A stretch of DNA of 63,107 nt, filler included. It is 3 parts of 3 records of this genome, joined end to end, with 100 filler letters (N's around TTAATTAATTAA, not from the genome) between each part and the next. Parts side by side here need not be neighbours in the genome. Positions count along the whole stretch, not along the records: positions 1 to 31,635 come from SRR20825019_2056; 2 more parts are not named here. One strand, 5' to 3'. The notes below the pieces were generated by a model. The model was given only the letters and a program-made list of their open reading frames with translations, did not search any database and was not told the DNA's origin. A program made the translations under genes and the position numbers. The stretch's first letter is position 1. The number at the start of each line of letters is the position of its first letter. Shown here one piece after another: positions 8,236 to 19,690 of the stretch.

Positions 8236-10869
8236 ATGAAGACACTATCTTTAAGTCTTTTAGCCCTTTTATTATCCTCATCTATATTCTCTCAAGATTC
8301 TACAAAAGTTGAAGTTCCTAAGCGTATTTATACAACAGCAAGTATCTCGAGTTATAGTACACCAGAAATAGATGGTATCTTAAATGATGATGCTTGGAAT
8401 GCTGTAGAATGGACTACAGATTATATAGAAAATCAACCAGATGAAAACACACCGCCAACCGAGCAAACTAAAATGAAGATTGCTTATGACGATAAGAATA
8501 TTTACGTGGCATTTAGATGTTATGATGCAGAGCCAGAAAACATTGTTAAGCGCTTGTCTAGAAGAGATGGCTTTGAAGGCGATTGGGTAGAAGTAAACTT
8601 TGATAGTTTTAATGATGATCGCACAGGGTTTTCATTTACAGTAACTGCAGCTGGTGTTAAAGGAGATGAATTTATCTCTAACAACGGAAATTTTGATGGT
8701 AGCTATAACCCAATATGGTATGTAAAAACAAATATAGACTCAGAAGGTTGGACAGCAGAAATGCGTATACCATTAAGTCAACTTAGGTTTAGCGCAGATC
8801 AAGACCAAGTTTGGGGGTTGCAAAGTACACGTAGATATTTTAGAGCAGAAGAACGCTCATTGTGGCAAAGACTTCCTGCAGATGCTCCAGGCTTTGTAAG
8901 TGAGTTTGGTGAGCTAAGAGGTTTGGTTGGCTTAAAACCACAAAAACAATTAGAAATTCAGCCCTTTATTTTGGGACAACAAGATGTGTACGAGGAAGAA
9001 CGCGGCAACCCTTTTAGAGATGGTGCCGACACTAAGTTAAATGCAGGATTAGATGCTAAGATAGGTATTACTAATGACCTTACTCTAGACCTAACTATTA
9101 ATCCAGACTTTGGTCAAGTAGAGGCAGATCCTGCGGCCATTGCACTGGATGGTTTTCAGTTGTTTTTTCAAGAACAACGTCCTTTTTTTGTGGCCAACTC
9201 TAACATTTTCAACTATTCCTTAGATAATTTTTCGCCGGGTAACTTGTTTTACTCAAGACGAATAGGACGAAGCCCTCAAGGTTTTGCGCAAAGTGATAAT
9301 ATTCAATATACAAATCAACCAAACAATACTACTATTTATGGTGCTGCTAAGTTTAGTGGTAAAACTAAAAATGGATGGAGTTTAGGGGTTATTGAAAGTG
9401 TGACGGCTAAAGAATTTGTAGAAATTATAGATTTTGATAACCAAACCACAGAGCAAATTGTAGAGCCGCTCACTAATTACTTTGTGGGTAGAGCCCAAAA
9501 AGATTTTAATGACAGAAATTCTTATATAGGAACCATGTTTACTGCTACTAACAGAGATTTAGAAGATGGTCAATTTTTAAATTTTCTTAGACGTGATGCT
9601 TATTCAGCAGGTATTGACTTTAAACACAACTGGAAAGATAGAAAGTATTATTTAGAAGGAATGGCTTACGGTAGTCATGTTAAAGGAAGTAAAGAAGCAA
9701 TTGCACGAACACAACAATCATTAACACATTTATTTGGAAGAGTAGACGCAGGTCATGTTGAAATAGACACAACTAGAACATCCCTATCAGGAACAGGTGG
9801 CCGTTTAGAAATAGGAAAAGCTTCTGGAGGTAATTTTAGAGCACACCTAGGTGGAACCTGGCGCTCTCCAGAGTTGGAGCTTAATGATATAGGCTTTTTA
9901 AGGCGTGCAGATGAGATTAGACAGTATGCAAGATTAAGCTACCAAACATTAAAACCCTTTGGAAATTTTAGAAGAATAAATGCACAATACAGACATTACA
10001 ATTCATTTGATTTTGATGGAAATTATAATGTAGCAGAACATCGCTTAGATGGTTTTGCACAGTTTAAAAATAACTGGGGAATTGAAACTGGTTTTATTCA
10101 TAAACCAAGAAACTATAATGTGAGTACATTACGTGGAGGACCAAGGTTTAGATTCTCTAAAGAGAATATTAACTACTTTTTTATAGGGTCAGACTCTCGT
10201 AAAAAATTTGTGTACAGTGGTGGTTATGTTATTTCTGAAGCTGTAGATAAGCAATTTACCTATTTAGAGTTAAGTGCAAGGATGTCTTACCAACCTACAG
10301 ATGCCTTAAACCTTTCTATAAGGCCTGTATATTCTAAAAACCCTAACCAAACACAATATGTTGCTACACGAGAAGTAAATGGTACATCTAGGTATATTAC
10401 TGCAAATATTGAACAGCAAACGTTAAGTGCACAGTTTAGATTAAATTATACATTTACTCCTAACTTTTCACTTCAGTTTTATGCACAGCCATTTGTATCA
10501 ACAGGACGTTATTCTAATTTTAACTATATTACAGATGCAACTGCAGATAATTTAGCAGATAGATTTCAGCTGTATAATGACAACCAAATAAGCTTAGAAA
10601 ATGGAACCTATAATATAGACGATACAGAAAATGGAACTACAGATTATAGCTTCTCAAACCCAGACTTTGCATTTTCTCAATTGAACACAAATTTGGTGTT
10701 GCGTTGGGAATATATACCTGGTAGCGAGTTGTTTTTAGTGTGGTCATTAAATGGTAATGCTTTTGAGCAACCCGACAACCACATAGCATCTACATTAACA
10801 GATTTTGTAACAGAATCCAGACATAGTAATACATTTCTATTAAAAGCAACTTATAGGTTTGTTCTTTAA
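8236..10869 (+). CDS. DUF5916 outer-membrane protein with N-terminal CBM9-like domain
   Basis: PEIDGILNDDAW, YDDKNIYVAF, WTAEMRIPLSQLRF (CBM9/DOMON-like); LTINPDFGQVEAD, EQRPFF, LFYSRRIG; beta-signal C-terminus. Confidence 0.85.
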   Translation: MKTLSLSLLALLLSSSIFSQDSTKVEVPKRIYTTASISSYSTPEIDGILNDDAWNAVEWTTDYIENQPDENTPPTEQTKMKIAYDDKNIYVAFRCYDAEPENIVKRLSRRDGFEGDWVEVNFDSFNDDRTGFSFTVTAAGVKGDEFISNNGNFDGSYNPIWYVKTNIDSEGWTAEMRIPLSQLRFSADQDQVWGLQSTRRYFRAEERSLWQRLPADAPGFVSEFGELRGLVGLKPQKQLEIQPFILGQQDVYEEERGNPFRDGADTKLNAGLDAKIGITNDLTLDLTINPDFGQVEADPAAIALDGFQLFFQEQRPFFVANSNIFNYSLDNFSPGNLFYSRRIGRSPQGFAQSDNIQYTNQPNNTTIYGAAKFSGKTKNGWSLGVIESVTAKEFVEIIDFDNQTTEQIVEPLTNYFVGRAQKDFNDRNSYIGTMFTATNRDLEDGQFLNFLRRDAYSAGIDFKHNWKDRKYYLEGMAYGSHVKGSKEAIARTQQSLTHLFGRVDAGHVEIDTTRTSLSGTGGRLEIGKASGGNFRAHLGGTWRSPELELNDIGFLRRADEIRQYARLSYQTLKPFGNFRRINAQYRHYNSFDFDGNYNVAEHRLDGFAQFKNNWGIETGFIHKPRNYNVSTLRGGPRFRFSKENINYFFIGSDSRKKFVYSGGYVISEAVDKQFTYLELSARMSYQPTDALNLSIRPVYSKNPNQTQYVATREVNGTSRYITANIEQQTLSAQFRLNYTFTPNFSLQFYAQPFVSTGRYSNFNYITDATADNLADRFQLYNDNQISLENGTYNIDDTENGTTDYSFSNPDFAFSQLNTNLVLRWEYIPGSELFLVWSLNGNAFEQPDNHIASTLTDFVTESRHSNTFLLKATYRFVL

Positions 10870-10880
10870 AACTTCCAACT

Positions 10881-11450
10881 ATGAAAATATTAGTCACGTT
10901 AATCCTTTCTATTCTTACTACATCCTTAGCAATTGCTCAATATGATTTTGAACCTACCACAGAAAATCCCTTTGGGCAACCTCATCCAGATGCTCCACAA
11001 CAGCTAAAAGATTTTGAGCCTATGATAGGTATTTGTGATTGCAAGTCGATGAGCAGAATGCCTGATGGTTCTTGGAGTGATGCTGTTGATATGCAATGGA
11101 CATTTAAGTATATTATGAATGGTATGGCGGTGCAAGACGAAACTTTAAAGGCAGACGGTAAACACTCTGGTAGTATAAGACAGTTTATAGCAGATAGTAG
11201 CAAATGGTATGTGCACTATTATTCAAGCAATGCGCCAAGCCTAGTGCTTCCTACTTGGGAAGGCAAAAAGAAAGATGGTGCAATAGTGTTATATAGAAAT
11301 CAAAAATCGCCTAATGGCATAGACGGTTTTTATAGGCTTACATTTTATGATATGACTAAAACAGGTTATAAATGGATAGGTGAATGGGTTAGTAAGGATG
11401 AAAGTATTGAATACCCTACTTGGAAAATAGACTGTGCCAGAAAAATTTAA
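10881..11450 (+). CDS. Secreted hypothetical protein (DUF1579-like beta-barrel)
   Basis: Signal peptide; beta-rich FEPMIG..C, RLTFYDMT..GYKWIGE; co-oriented 11 nt after DUF5916. Confidence 0.55.
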   Translation: MKILVTLILSILTTSLAIAQYDFEPTTENPFGQPHPDAPQQLKDFEPMIGICDCKSMSRMPDGSWSDAVDMQWTFKYIMNGMAVQDETLKADGKHSGSIRQFIADSSKWYVHYYSSNAPSLVLPTWEGKKKDGAIVLYRNQKSPNGIDGFYRLTFYDMTKTGYKWIGEWVSKDESIEYPTWKIDCARKI

Positions 11451-12346
11451 AAGAATATATCTTGAGCCAACCTATAAGTGTTCGCGTGAGCTTCAATAAT
11501 TTTTTTTATGTCTTTGGAATAGCCGCCACCCATACTAACTTCAACAGGAATATTTAAATCTTTACAAAGCTGAAGCACAAACCTGTCACGTTCTTTACAA
11601 CCTAAGATACTACAGCTTAATTTGCCGAGTTTATCGGTTTCTAGTATATCTACGCCACTTAAATAAAAAATGAAATCTGGGTTAACATCAGAAATTAGCT
11701 TAGGTAGTGTTTCCTTTAGTAGTTTAAGATAATTATCATCAGTGGTGTGAGATGGTAATGCAATATCTAAATCTGATGATTCTTTTTTAAAAGGGTAATT
11801 TTTTTCACCGTGCATAGAGAATGTAAAAACAGAGGTGTCGTCTTTAAAAACCTCTGCTGTACCATTGCCTTGATGTACATCTAAATCTACAATTAAAACT
11901 TGCTTTGCTTTGTTTGTGTGCTGTAAATACCGAGCACCGATAGCTTGATCATTAAACATACAAAAGCCTTCACCTCTATTGGTATAAGCATGATGAGTGC
12001 CTCCAGCAATATTCATAGCAATCCCATACTCTAATGCAAAATTACAAGCTTTAATAGTGCCGTCTGCAATAATAAATTCACGCTCTACCAAAGCACTGTT
12101 AAGAGGAAATCCAATTTTTCGAGCAGCTCGTGCGTCTAGCGTTAAGTTTTTTAAATCTGAAATATAATTTGTGGTATGTACAAGGTCTACAAAAGTTTCA
12201 GAATAAACGGGCTCAAAAAAGTTATCAGACTCACAAGTGCCTTCGTATATTAATTGCTTAGGTATAAGCTCATATTTTTCCATAGGAAATCTATGTCCTT
12301 CTGGAAGCGGAACTTTATAAATAGGATGATATGCTATTTTAAGCAT
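11447..12346 (-). CDS. Histone deacetylase family (HDAC11-like) amidohydrolase
   Basis: HRFPM, GGTHHA, GFC.FND, VDLDVHQGNGT, GVD..ETDKLG, GGGY motifs. Confidence 0.95.
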   Translation of the reverse strand: MLKIAYHPIYKVPLPEGHRFPMEKYELIPKQLIYEGTCESDNFFEPVYSETFVDLVHTTNYISDLKNLTLDARAARKIGFPLNSALVEREFIIADGTIKACNFALEYGIAMNIAGGTHHAYTNRGEGFCMFNDQAIGARYLQHTNKAKQVLIVDLDVHQGNGTAEVFKDDTSVFTFSMHGEKNYPFKKESSDLDIALPSHTTDDNYLKLLKETLPKLISDVNPDFIFYLSGVDILETDKLGKLSCSILGCKERDRFVLQLCKDLNIPVEVSMGGGYSKDIKKIIEAHANTYRLAQDIFF

Positions 12347-12364
12347 AAGCTGTTAGGCTTCTAT

Positions 12365-14437
12365 TTAGCTAATAGATTTACCGTTAGGGATTCCTGTAGC
12401 ATCTGGATTTACAAAAACTAAATTCCCGTTGGCATCTTCTGTCATTAAAATCATTCCTTGACTTTCTACACCTCTTAGTTTACGTGGTGCCAAATTAACT
12501 AATACAGTAACTTGCTTGCCTATTATATCTTCTGGTTTAAAACTTTCTGCAATACCAGATACAATTGTTCTTACATCTATTCCTGTATCTACCTTAAGAA
12601 CTAAAAGCTTTTTAGTTTTTGGCATTTTTTCAGCTTCTAAGATAGTACCTACACGAAGATCCATAGAAGTAAAATCTTCAAACTGCACGGTCTCTTTTTC
12701 TGGATCTACAACAGCATTTTCAGCTTCATTAGCCTTTTTGCTTGCTTCTAGCTTGTCTAATTGTTTTTGTATGTGTTCATCTTCAATCTTACTAAATAAT
12801 AATTCAGCTTTATTAATTTGATGACCAGCTGGCAATAATGCATTTTTACTTGAGATGTCATTCCAGCTATTTTTCTCTGCAGAATCTTGAGAAGTTAAAT
12901 TAAGAATGTCTTTAAGTTTATTTGAAGTAAACGGTAAAAACGGCTCACTTAATGTAGCTAAAGCAGCTGCGATTTGTAATGCTACGTACATTACAGTTTT
13001 TGTGCGCTCTGCATCTGTTTTAGCAGTTTTCCAAGGTTCTTCATCTGCTAAGTATTTATTACCGAGTCTTGCAACATCCATTAAAAGCTTTTGAGCTTCT
13101 CTAAAACGGTAGCGTTCTAAAGAACTTGCAATAACATCTGGATATGTCTTAAGTTCGGTTAATGTTTGTTCATCTATTTCACTATACGTGGATGGTTCTG
13201 GAACATCGCCGCCATAATACTTATTGGTAAGTACAACAACACGATTAATAAAGTTGCCAAAGACAGCAACTAGTTCATTATTATTGCGGGCTTGAAAATC
13301 TGCCCACGTAAAATCATTGTCTTTTGTTTCTGGAGCATTTGCTGTTAAAGCATAGCGCAAAACATCTTGTTGCCCTGGAAAATCTTCTAAATATTCATGA
13401 AGCCAAACTGCCCAATTTTTAGAGGTAGACAACTTGTTGCCTTCTAAATTTAGAAATTCATTTGCTGGCACATTATCTGGCATAATGTAAGAGCCTTCTG
13501 CTTTAAGCATACTCGGGAAAATTATACAGTGAAATACAATATTATCTTTCCCTATAAAGTGAAGTAATTTGGTGTCTTCATTTTTCCAATATGGTTCCCA
13601 GTCTTTTCCTTTTGCTTGTGCCCATTCTTTTGTTGCAGAGATGTAGCCTATAGGAGCATCAAACCAAACGTATAGTACTTTGCCATCTGCACCTTTTACA
13701 GGAACAGGTATGCCCCAATCTAAATCTCGTGTTACAGCTCTAGGTCTTAGGCCATCATCTATCCAAGATTTGCATTGTCCATACACATTAGTTTTCCAGT
13801 CTTTTTTATGGTCTTTAAGGATCCAATCTTTTAAATAATCTTCATATTGGTCTAATGGTAAAAACCAGTGTTTTGTTTCTTTTAAAATAGGCTTAGCTCC
13901 AGAAATAGCAGATTTAGGGTTAATTAAATCTGTTGCGTTATGAGAAGTTCCGCAGCTTTCACATTGGTCGCCATAACTTTCTTCATTACCACATTTTGGG
14001 CAAGTTCCTACAACAAAGCGGTCTGCGAGAAATTGATTGGCTCCTGGATCGTATAATTGTTCTGTAACCTCTTCAATAAACTTATCATTTTTATAAAGGT
14101 TCTCAAAAAACTCCGATGCAGTATCGTGATGTATTTTAGCTGACGTTCTTGAGTAATTATCAAAAGAAATTCCAAAGTCTTCAAAGCTTTTTTTGATGAT
14201 GGTGTGATACTTATCAACCACATCTTGTGGGGTCACACCTTCTTTTTTCGCTTTTATAGTAATTGGCACACCGTGCTCATCACTACCACAAACAAACAAC
14301 ACATCTTCACCTTGCATACGTTGGTAGCGTGCATAAATATCTGCAGGAACATAAACACCTGCTAAGTGTCCTATATGTATTGGCCCGTTTGTATAAGGTA
14401 AAGCCGCTGTAATGGTATATCTCTTTGGAGTGGTCAT
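12365..14437 (-). CDS. metG: Methionine--tRNA ligase with C-terminal tRNA-binding domain
   Basis: [13 protein letters not shown], Zn knuckle [24 protein letters not shown]-terminal EMAP/Trbp111 domain. Confidence 0.99.
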   Translation of the reverse strand: MTTPKRYTITAALPYTNGPIHIGHLAGVYVPADIYARYQRMQGEDVLFVCGSDEHGVPITIKAKKEGVTPQDVVDKYHTIIKKSFEDFGISFDNYSRTSAKIHHDTASEFFENLYKNDKFIEEVTEQLYDPGANQFLADRFVVGTCPKCGNEESYGDQCESCGTSHNATDLINPKSAISGAKPILKETKHWFLPLDQYEDYLKDWILKDHKKDWKTNVYGQCKSWIDDGLRPRAVTRDLDWGIPVPVKGADGKVLYVWFDAPIGYISATKEWAQAKGKDWEPYWKNEDTKLLHFIGKDNIVFHCIIFPSMLKAEGSYIMPDNVPANEFLNLEGNKLSTSKNWAVWLHEYLEDFPGQQDVLRYALTANAPETKDNDFTWADFQARNNNELVAVFGNFINRVVVLTNKYYGGDVPEPSTYSEIDEQTLTELKTYPDVIASSLERYRFREAQKLLMDVARLGNKYLADEEPWKTAKTDAERTKTVMYVALQIAAALATLSEPFLPFTSNKLKDILNLTSQDSAEKNSWNDISSKNALLPAGHQINKAELLFSKIEDEHIQKQLDKLEASKKANEAENAVVDPEKETVQFEDFTSMDLRVGTILEAEKMPKTKKLLVLKVDTGIDVRTIVSGIAESFKPEDIIGKQVTVLVNLAPRKLRGVESQGMILMTEDANGNLVFVNPDATGIPNGKSIS

Positions 14438-14522
14438 AGTCTATTTTTGAAGATGCAAAGATAACAAATCTCAACCGCTTGTAATACCTATGTTTCCCTC
14501 ATAAAATCTTTATATTTGAGGC

Positions 14523-15425
14523 ATGATAATTCCGCCATATTTAAAAGAAGGAGATACTGTTGCAATTGTGTGTACAGCTCGAAAAATCTCAAAAAAAGAG
14601 CTAGATCCAGCTATAAAGTTATTAACGCATTGGGGATTAAAAGTTAAGCTAGGAGATACTGTAGGGAAAGAATATCATCAGTTTGGAGGTACAGATGTAC
14701 AACGTGCAGAAGATTTTCAAGAGATGTTAGATGATAAAGAAGTGCAAGCCATTTGGTGTGCCCGTGGCGGATATGGTACTGTAAGAATGATAGATGAGGT
14801 TAATTTCTCTAGTATTGAAACAAACCCAAAATGGATTATTGGGTATAGTGACCCTACTGTATTACATTGCCATATACATAATTTAGGAGTTGCAACCATA
14901 CATGGTCAAATGTGTTTAGAAATTGAAAACAAAACTGAAGCTACAAGAGACACATTAAAAAATATATTATTTGGAAATTATGATGCTATTAAATTTGCTT
15001 CAGACTTTAAATTAAATAGAACAGGTCATGCTAAAGGACAACTAATAGGAGGAAATTTATCTGTGCTATCTAGTATTTTAGGTAGTAAATCAACAATAAA
15101 AACAGAAGGTAAAATTCTATTTCTTGAAGATTTAGATGAGTATTTATACCACATAGACCGTATGGTACATAACATAAAACGTAACGGCTTTTTTAAAAAC
15201 CTAGCAGGATTGGTCATTGGTGGCTTAACAGATATGCATGATAATACAAGCCCTTTTGGTCAATCTGCAGAAGAGATAATTGCAAATGCTGTAAAAGAAT
15301 TTAATTTTCCTGTGTGTTTTAATTTTCCTGCTGGACATAGTAAAGATAATCGTGCGTTAATATTTGGAGCAGAAACAGAATTAATCGTCACAAAAGATAA
15401 TGTGGTTTTAAAAACCGAAGCTTAA
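14523..15425 (+). CDS. ldcA: LD-carboxypeptidase (peptidase S66)
   Basis: ARGGYG, IGYSD, GGNL, LFLED, FPAGH catalytic motifs. Confidence 0.92.
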   Translation: MIIPPYLKEGDTVAIVCTARKISKKELDPAIKLLTHWGLKVKLGDTVGKEYHQFGGTDVQRAEDFQEMLDDKEVQAIWCARGGYGTVRMIDEVNFSSIETNPKWIIGYSDPTVLHCHIHNLGVATIHGQMCLEIENKTEATRDTLKNILFGNYDAIKFASDFKLNRTGHAKGQLIGGNLSVLSSILGSKSTIKTEGKILFLEDLDEYLYHIDRMVHNIKRNGFFKNLAGLVIGGLTDMHDNTSPFGQSAEEIIANAVKEFNFPVCFNFPAGHSKDNRALIFGAETELIVTKDNVVLKTEA

Positions 15426-15497
15426 AATTATACATTGTGATTTTAGCACTTTGTTGTTACATAACTAACCTCTAATCACAAAAATACTTAACCAACT

Positions 15498-16838
15498 ATG
15501 ATGAATTGGGAACAACTATTATCTCTTAAGCGTTTTGGAGATACAAATAAGCGTTTAAGAAAAGAACAAGACGATACACGATTGGGCTTTGAGGTAGATT
15601 ACGATCGTATTATATTTTCCAGCTCTTTTAGGAGTTTGCAGGATAAAACTCAAGTTATCCCATTGTCTAAAACAGATTTTGTGCACACAAGATTAACACA
15701 CAGTTTAGAGGTAAGTGTTGTGGGGCGAAGTTTAGGACGAGTTGTTGGTAAGAAGCTTTTAGAAAAACACCCACATCTTTCTGAGACGTATGGGCATCAT
15801 TTTAATGATTTCGGGGCTATTGTTGCTGCAGCATCTTTAGCACACGATATTGGAAATCCGCCGTTTGGTCACTCTGGCGAAAAGGCTATAGGAGACTTTT
15901 TTAAATCTGGAAAAGGAAATAGATTTAAAGACTCTCTTACAAACGTTCAATATCAAGACCTTTGTACCTTTGAAGGAAACGCTAACGGATTTAAGCTTTT
16001 AACTGAAACAAAAAACGGAGTAACTGGCGGTTTAAGGTTATCTTACTCAACCTTGGGTGCTTTTATGAAATACCCAAAAGCTTCGTTACCTTATAAACCA
16101 ACAACTCAAATTCACCATAAAAAATATGGTTACTTCCAAAGTGAGCAGGAAGTCTTTAATGATGTAGTTAAGGATTTAGGATTAATTTCTGAAACTGTAA
16201 AAGATTCAGAAACTTACAAAAGACATCCGTTAACGTTTTTAGTTGAAGCCGCAGATGATATCTGCTATACAATTATAGACTTTGAAGATGGTATAAATTT
16301 AGGTTTAATAGATGAGGAGTTTGCTTTAGAATATCTAATTAATTTGGTTAAGGATAAGATAGACACAAAAAAATATCATCAACTCGTTACCAAATCTAAT
16401 AGAGTAAGTTATTTAAGAGCATTAGCTATTGGAGTGCTTATTGAAGAGGCAGCTTCAATTTTTATTGCAAATGAAGAAGCTATACTTAAAGGTGACTTTA
16501 GTTCTGCATTATTAGATAAGTCACAGTACACGGCACAAATAGATGATATTATAAAAATTAGCATTAACAATGTATATCAATCTCAAGACGTCTTAGAGAA
16601 GGAGATATTGGGCTACCAAGTAATCGGAACATTATTGGAAGTTTATACAGATGCCGTGTTTAGTAAGAAAAACAACACAAATACAAATTTTAATTCATTG
16701 ATTTTGAAAGGTTTTCTTAAAGAATTCGACTTAAATCAAGATGATTATTCTATTTTAATTGAAATTTCTTCACTTGTAGCCTCTTATTCAGACAGTGAAG
16801 CCCTTAGAATTTACCAGAAAATTAAGGGCATGTTATAG
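15498..16838 (+). CDS. dgt: dGTP triphosphohydrolase (HD family)
   Basis: DYDRIIFS, LQDKTQV, RLTHSLEV, HDIGNPPFGHSGE, FEGNA, EAADDICY. Confidence 0.95.
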   Translation: MMNWEQLLSLKRFGDTNKRLRKEQDDTRLGFEVDYDRIIFSSSFRSLQDKTQVIPLSKTDFVHTRLTHSLEVSVVGRSLGRVVGKKLLEKHPHLSETYGHHFNDFGAIVAAASLAHDIGNPPFGHSGEKAIGDFFKSGKGNRFKDSLTNVQYQDLCTFEGNANGFKLLTETKNGVTGGLRLSYSTLGAFMKYPKASLPYKPTTQIHHKKYGYFQSEQEVFNDVVKDLGLISETVKDSETYKRHPLTFLVEAADDICYTIIDFEDGINLGLIDEEFALEYLINLVKDKIDTKKYHQLVTKSNRVSYLRALAIGVLIEEAASIFIANEEAILKGDFSSALLDKSQYTAQIDDIIKISINNVYQSQDVLEKEILGYQVIGTLLEVYTDAVFSKKNNTNTNFNSLILKGFLKEFDLNQDDYSILIEISSLVASYSDSEALRIYQKIKGML

Positions 16839-16938
16839 ATATCGAATAATCTAAATATTAGTTATTTAGTTAATTATTTATTAAGAAAAAATTACTATTT
16901 TCGACAACTCGCTATTTTTTAAGTTTAAAACACCCAAT

Positions 16939-19602
16939 ATGAAATTGAAACTACTATTATTTTTATGCTGTTTAAGCTTTGTAGGCTTAAATGCACAAAC
17001 CACAGAAACACTTATTCAAAACTATCTAGAAAGAACACATGAATCTTTAGGGGTCACTCTAGAAGACGTTCAAAACATTAAGATTGTTTCTGATTATGAA
17101 ACACAGAAAACAGGTTTACAACACGTTGTTGTACAACAAACCGTAAATGAAATTCCTGTTTTTAATGCTTTTGCAACAGTAACTATTAAAGACAGCTCTG
17201 TAATTTTTGTTGGTAATAGTCTTATTGCAAATATTAACTCATTAACAAATACTAGTGCTCCTAGTTTTAATACAGAGGCTTCAATTTCTAAAGCTGCACA
17301 AGGTTTAGAAATCAATGTACCTTCTGGCTTAGAAATAATAGGTAGTATAGATGGTGGCGTACTTTTTAATTCAGGAAGTATTTCTCAAGAAGACATCCCT
17401 GTAAAACTAGTATACCAACCAACAGCTAATAATGATCTTAGGTTAGCTTATGAGGTAACAATCTTAACTGTTAAAGGCGACCACTGGTGGAACGTAAGAG
17501 TAGACGCTCAAACAGGAGAAGTTATTTCTAAGAATGATTGGATTGTGTCTTGTAATTTTGAAAGTGATGCAAAAACATCAGACGCGCCAATTTCTCATAA
17601 GGCTCACAATCACACAAATGCATTTGGTTATGCTGAAAACACAATGATGGTAGATGGTTCTCAATATGAGGTGTTTCCGTTGTTAATAGAATCTCCTAAC
17701 CACGGTGCTTCTCAAATAGTATCTGAACCTGCTGCTGCTAATGCTTCTCCTTTTGGATGGCATGACATTAATGGTGTTGCTGGTCCAGAATATACTATTA
17801 CAAGAGGAAACAATGTTTGGGCACAAGATGATAAAGATGCAGATGATGCTCCAAACGGATATTCTCCAGACGGTGGTGCAACTTTAGATTTTTCTGGTTA
17901 CAATACGAACACAGACCTTAACCCTTTAGCTACTACAGATTTTGCAATAACAAACCTTTTCTTTTGGAATAACTTAATGCATGACATTTGGTACCAATAC
18001 GGTTTTGATGAAGCGAGTGGTAACTTCCAAGAAAATAATTATGGTAATGGAGGTTCAGGATCAGATTATGTAAATGCAGATGCACAAGATGGCTTTTCAT
18101 TAAACAATGCAAACTTTGGAACACCACCAGATGGCGGAAACCCAAGAATGCAAATGTTTTTATGGTCTGCAACTGGCCCAGTTGGAGCACCTTTAACAAT
18201 AAACAATCCAAGTAGTATTGCTGGAGCTTACGAAGCTACAGAGCCATTATATTTTGGTTCTGGTTTATCAGATACTCCAATAATTTCAGATATCGTATTT
18301 ACTACAGATATGACATCAACTGAAACAGATAATTTTGGTAATCCATTAGAAACATCTAACACAGATGCAAATGACGGTTGTGGAGTAATAACAAATGTTG
18401 CTGAGGTTAATGGTAATATTGCTATTATTAGAAGAGGAACTTGTCCTTTTGTATCTAAGGTTAAAAACGCTCAAGATGCTGGAGCAATTGCTGTTATTAT
18501 AGTTAATAACGTTGCAAATGATCCTTTAGTTAACATGGCTGGTACAGATAATACTATTAACATTCCTTCTGTATTTATCTCTAAAGAAAATGGAGATCCA
18601 ATATTTACACAGTTGCAAACATCTAATGCAGTTGATGGTCAATTATTATCGCAACCATCTCAACGTATAGATGGAGATTTTGACAATGGTGTTGTAGCAC
18701 ACGAGTACGGTCACGGAATTTCTAACAGATTAACTGGTGGTCCAAGTGCAGCATCTTGTTTAGGTAACCCAGAACAAATGGGTGAAGGTTGGAGTGATTT
18801 CTTCGGTCTTATGTTAACACTTAAGCCTGGAGATCAACCAGAAGATATTAGAGGTATTGGTACATATGTAACAGGACAGGAAATAGATGGTGTTGGTATT
18901 AGAAATGCACCTTATTCTACAAGCTTTGCTATAAACGACTTTACTTATGCAGATACAAATAATGAAGCTCAAGTTTCTGTGCCACACGGTGTAGGTTTCG
19001 TATGGGCAACAATGCTTTGGGATATGACTTGGGCATTAATCGATGAGTATGGTTATGATGCAGACCTGTATAATGGTACTGGTGGTAACAATATTGCGAT
19101 GCAATTAGTTATAGATGGTCTTAAGATGCAATCTTGTAATCCTGGATTTATAGATGGTAGAGATGCAATATTAGCTGCAGATATGGCTGTAAATGGAGGT
19201 GCAAACCAATGTTTAATTTATACTGCATTTGCACAAAGAGGTTTAGGATTTAGTGCAGAACAGGGAAGTAACTTTAGTAGAACAGACCAAGTTGAAGCAT
19301 TTGATATGCCTCCTACTAATGTTTTAGATTGTTCTAACCTTTCTGTTGCAGAGAATACACTTAGTCAATTTAAAGTATATCCTAATCCAGCAACAAATGT
19401 TATAAACATTAGCCTAAACAAAACGTTAGCTAATGATGTAAATGTTAGTTTAACAGACCTTCAAGGAAGACAAGTTCTTAAAACTAAAATAGGAACAGCA
19501 AGTACAACTTCTATAGATGTATCTTCTATTTCTAATGGGGTTTATATTCTTTCTTTAGAGTCTAATAACAAAACATATTCTCAGAAAGTAATTATTGAGT
19601 AA
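16939..19602 (+). CDS. T9SS-dependent M36 (fungalysin) metallopeptidase with FTP/PepSY propeptide and PA domain
   Basis: ASPFGWHD, YGFDEASGNFQ, NNANF.TPPDG..PRMQM, PA domain RRGTC.F..KV.NAQ.AGA, HEYGHG, GEGWSDF, C-terminal VYPNPA CTD. Confidence 0.95.
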   Translation: MKLKLLLFLCCLSFVGLNAQTTETLIQNYLERTHESLGVTLEDVQNIKIVSDYETQKTGLQHVVVQQTVNEIPVFNAFATVTIKDSSVIFVGNSLIANINSLTNTSAPSFNTEASISKAAQGLEINVPSGLEIIGSIDGGVLFNSGSISQEDIPVKLVYQPTANNDLRLAYEVTILTVKGDHWWNVRVDAQTGEVISKNDWIVSCNFESDAKTSDAPISHKAHNHTNAFGYAENTMMVDGSQYEVFPLLIESPNHGASQIVSEPAAANASPFGWHDINGVAGPEYTITRGNNVWAQDDKDADDAPNGYSPDGGATLDFSGYNTNTDLNPLATTDFAITNLFFWNNLMHDIWYQYGFDEASGNFQENNYGNGGSGSDYVNADAQDGFSLNNANFGTPPDGGNPRMQMFLWSATGPVGAPLTINNPSSIAGAYEATEPLYFGSGLSDTPIISDIVFTTDMTSTETDNFGNPLETSNTDANDGCGVITNVAEVNGNIAIIRRGTCPFVSKVKNAQDAGAIAVIIVNNVANDPLVNMAGTDNTINIPSVFISKENGDPIFTQLQTSNAVDGQLLSQPSQRIDGDFDNGVVAHEYGHGISNRLTGGPSAASCLGNPEQMGEGWSDFFGLMLTLKPGDQPEDIRGIGTYVTGQEIDGVGIRNAPYSTSFAINDFTYADTNNEAQVSVPHGVGFVWATMLWDMTWALIDEYGYDADLYNGTGGNNIAMQLVIDGLKMQSCNPGFIDGRDAILAADMAVNGGANQCLIYTAFAQRGLGFSAEQGSNFSRTDQVEAFDMPPTNVLDCSNLSVAENTLSQFKVYPNPATNVINISLNKTLANDVNVSLTDLQGRQVLKTKIGTASTTSIDVSSISNGVYILSLESNNKTYSQKVIIE

Positions 19603-19637
19603 GCCGTAAAGGTTTAACCAAAATTCATATTCATATT

Positions 19638-19674
19638 AAAGCAGAGCTATTTTATAATAGCTCTGCTTTTTTTT
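19638..19674 (+). terminator. Rho-independent terminator
   Basis: AAAGCAGAGCTATT-ttat-AATAGCTCTGCTTT followed by a T-run. Confidence 0.9.
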
Positions 19675-19690
19675 ATTAATACTACAAGTA

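Noticed and set aside
15498-16838. dGTPase as a possible anti-phage defence gene
   Set aside because: It sits among housekeeping genes with no defence or mobility neighbours; a housekeeping dgt is the simpler reading.
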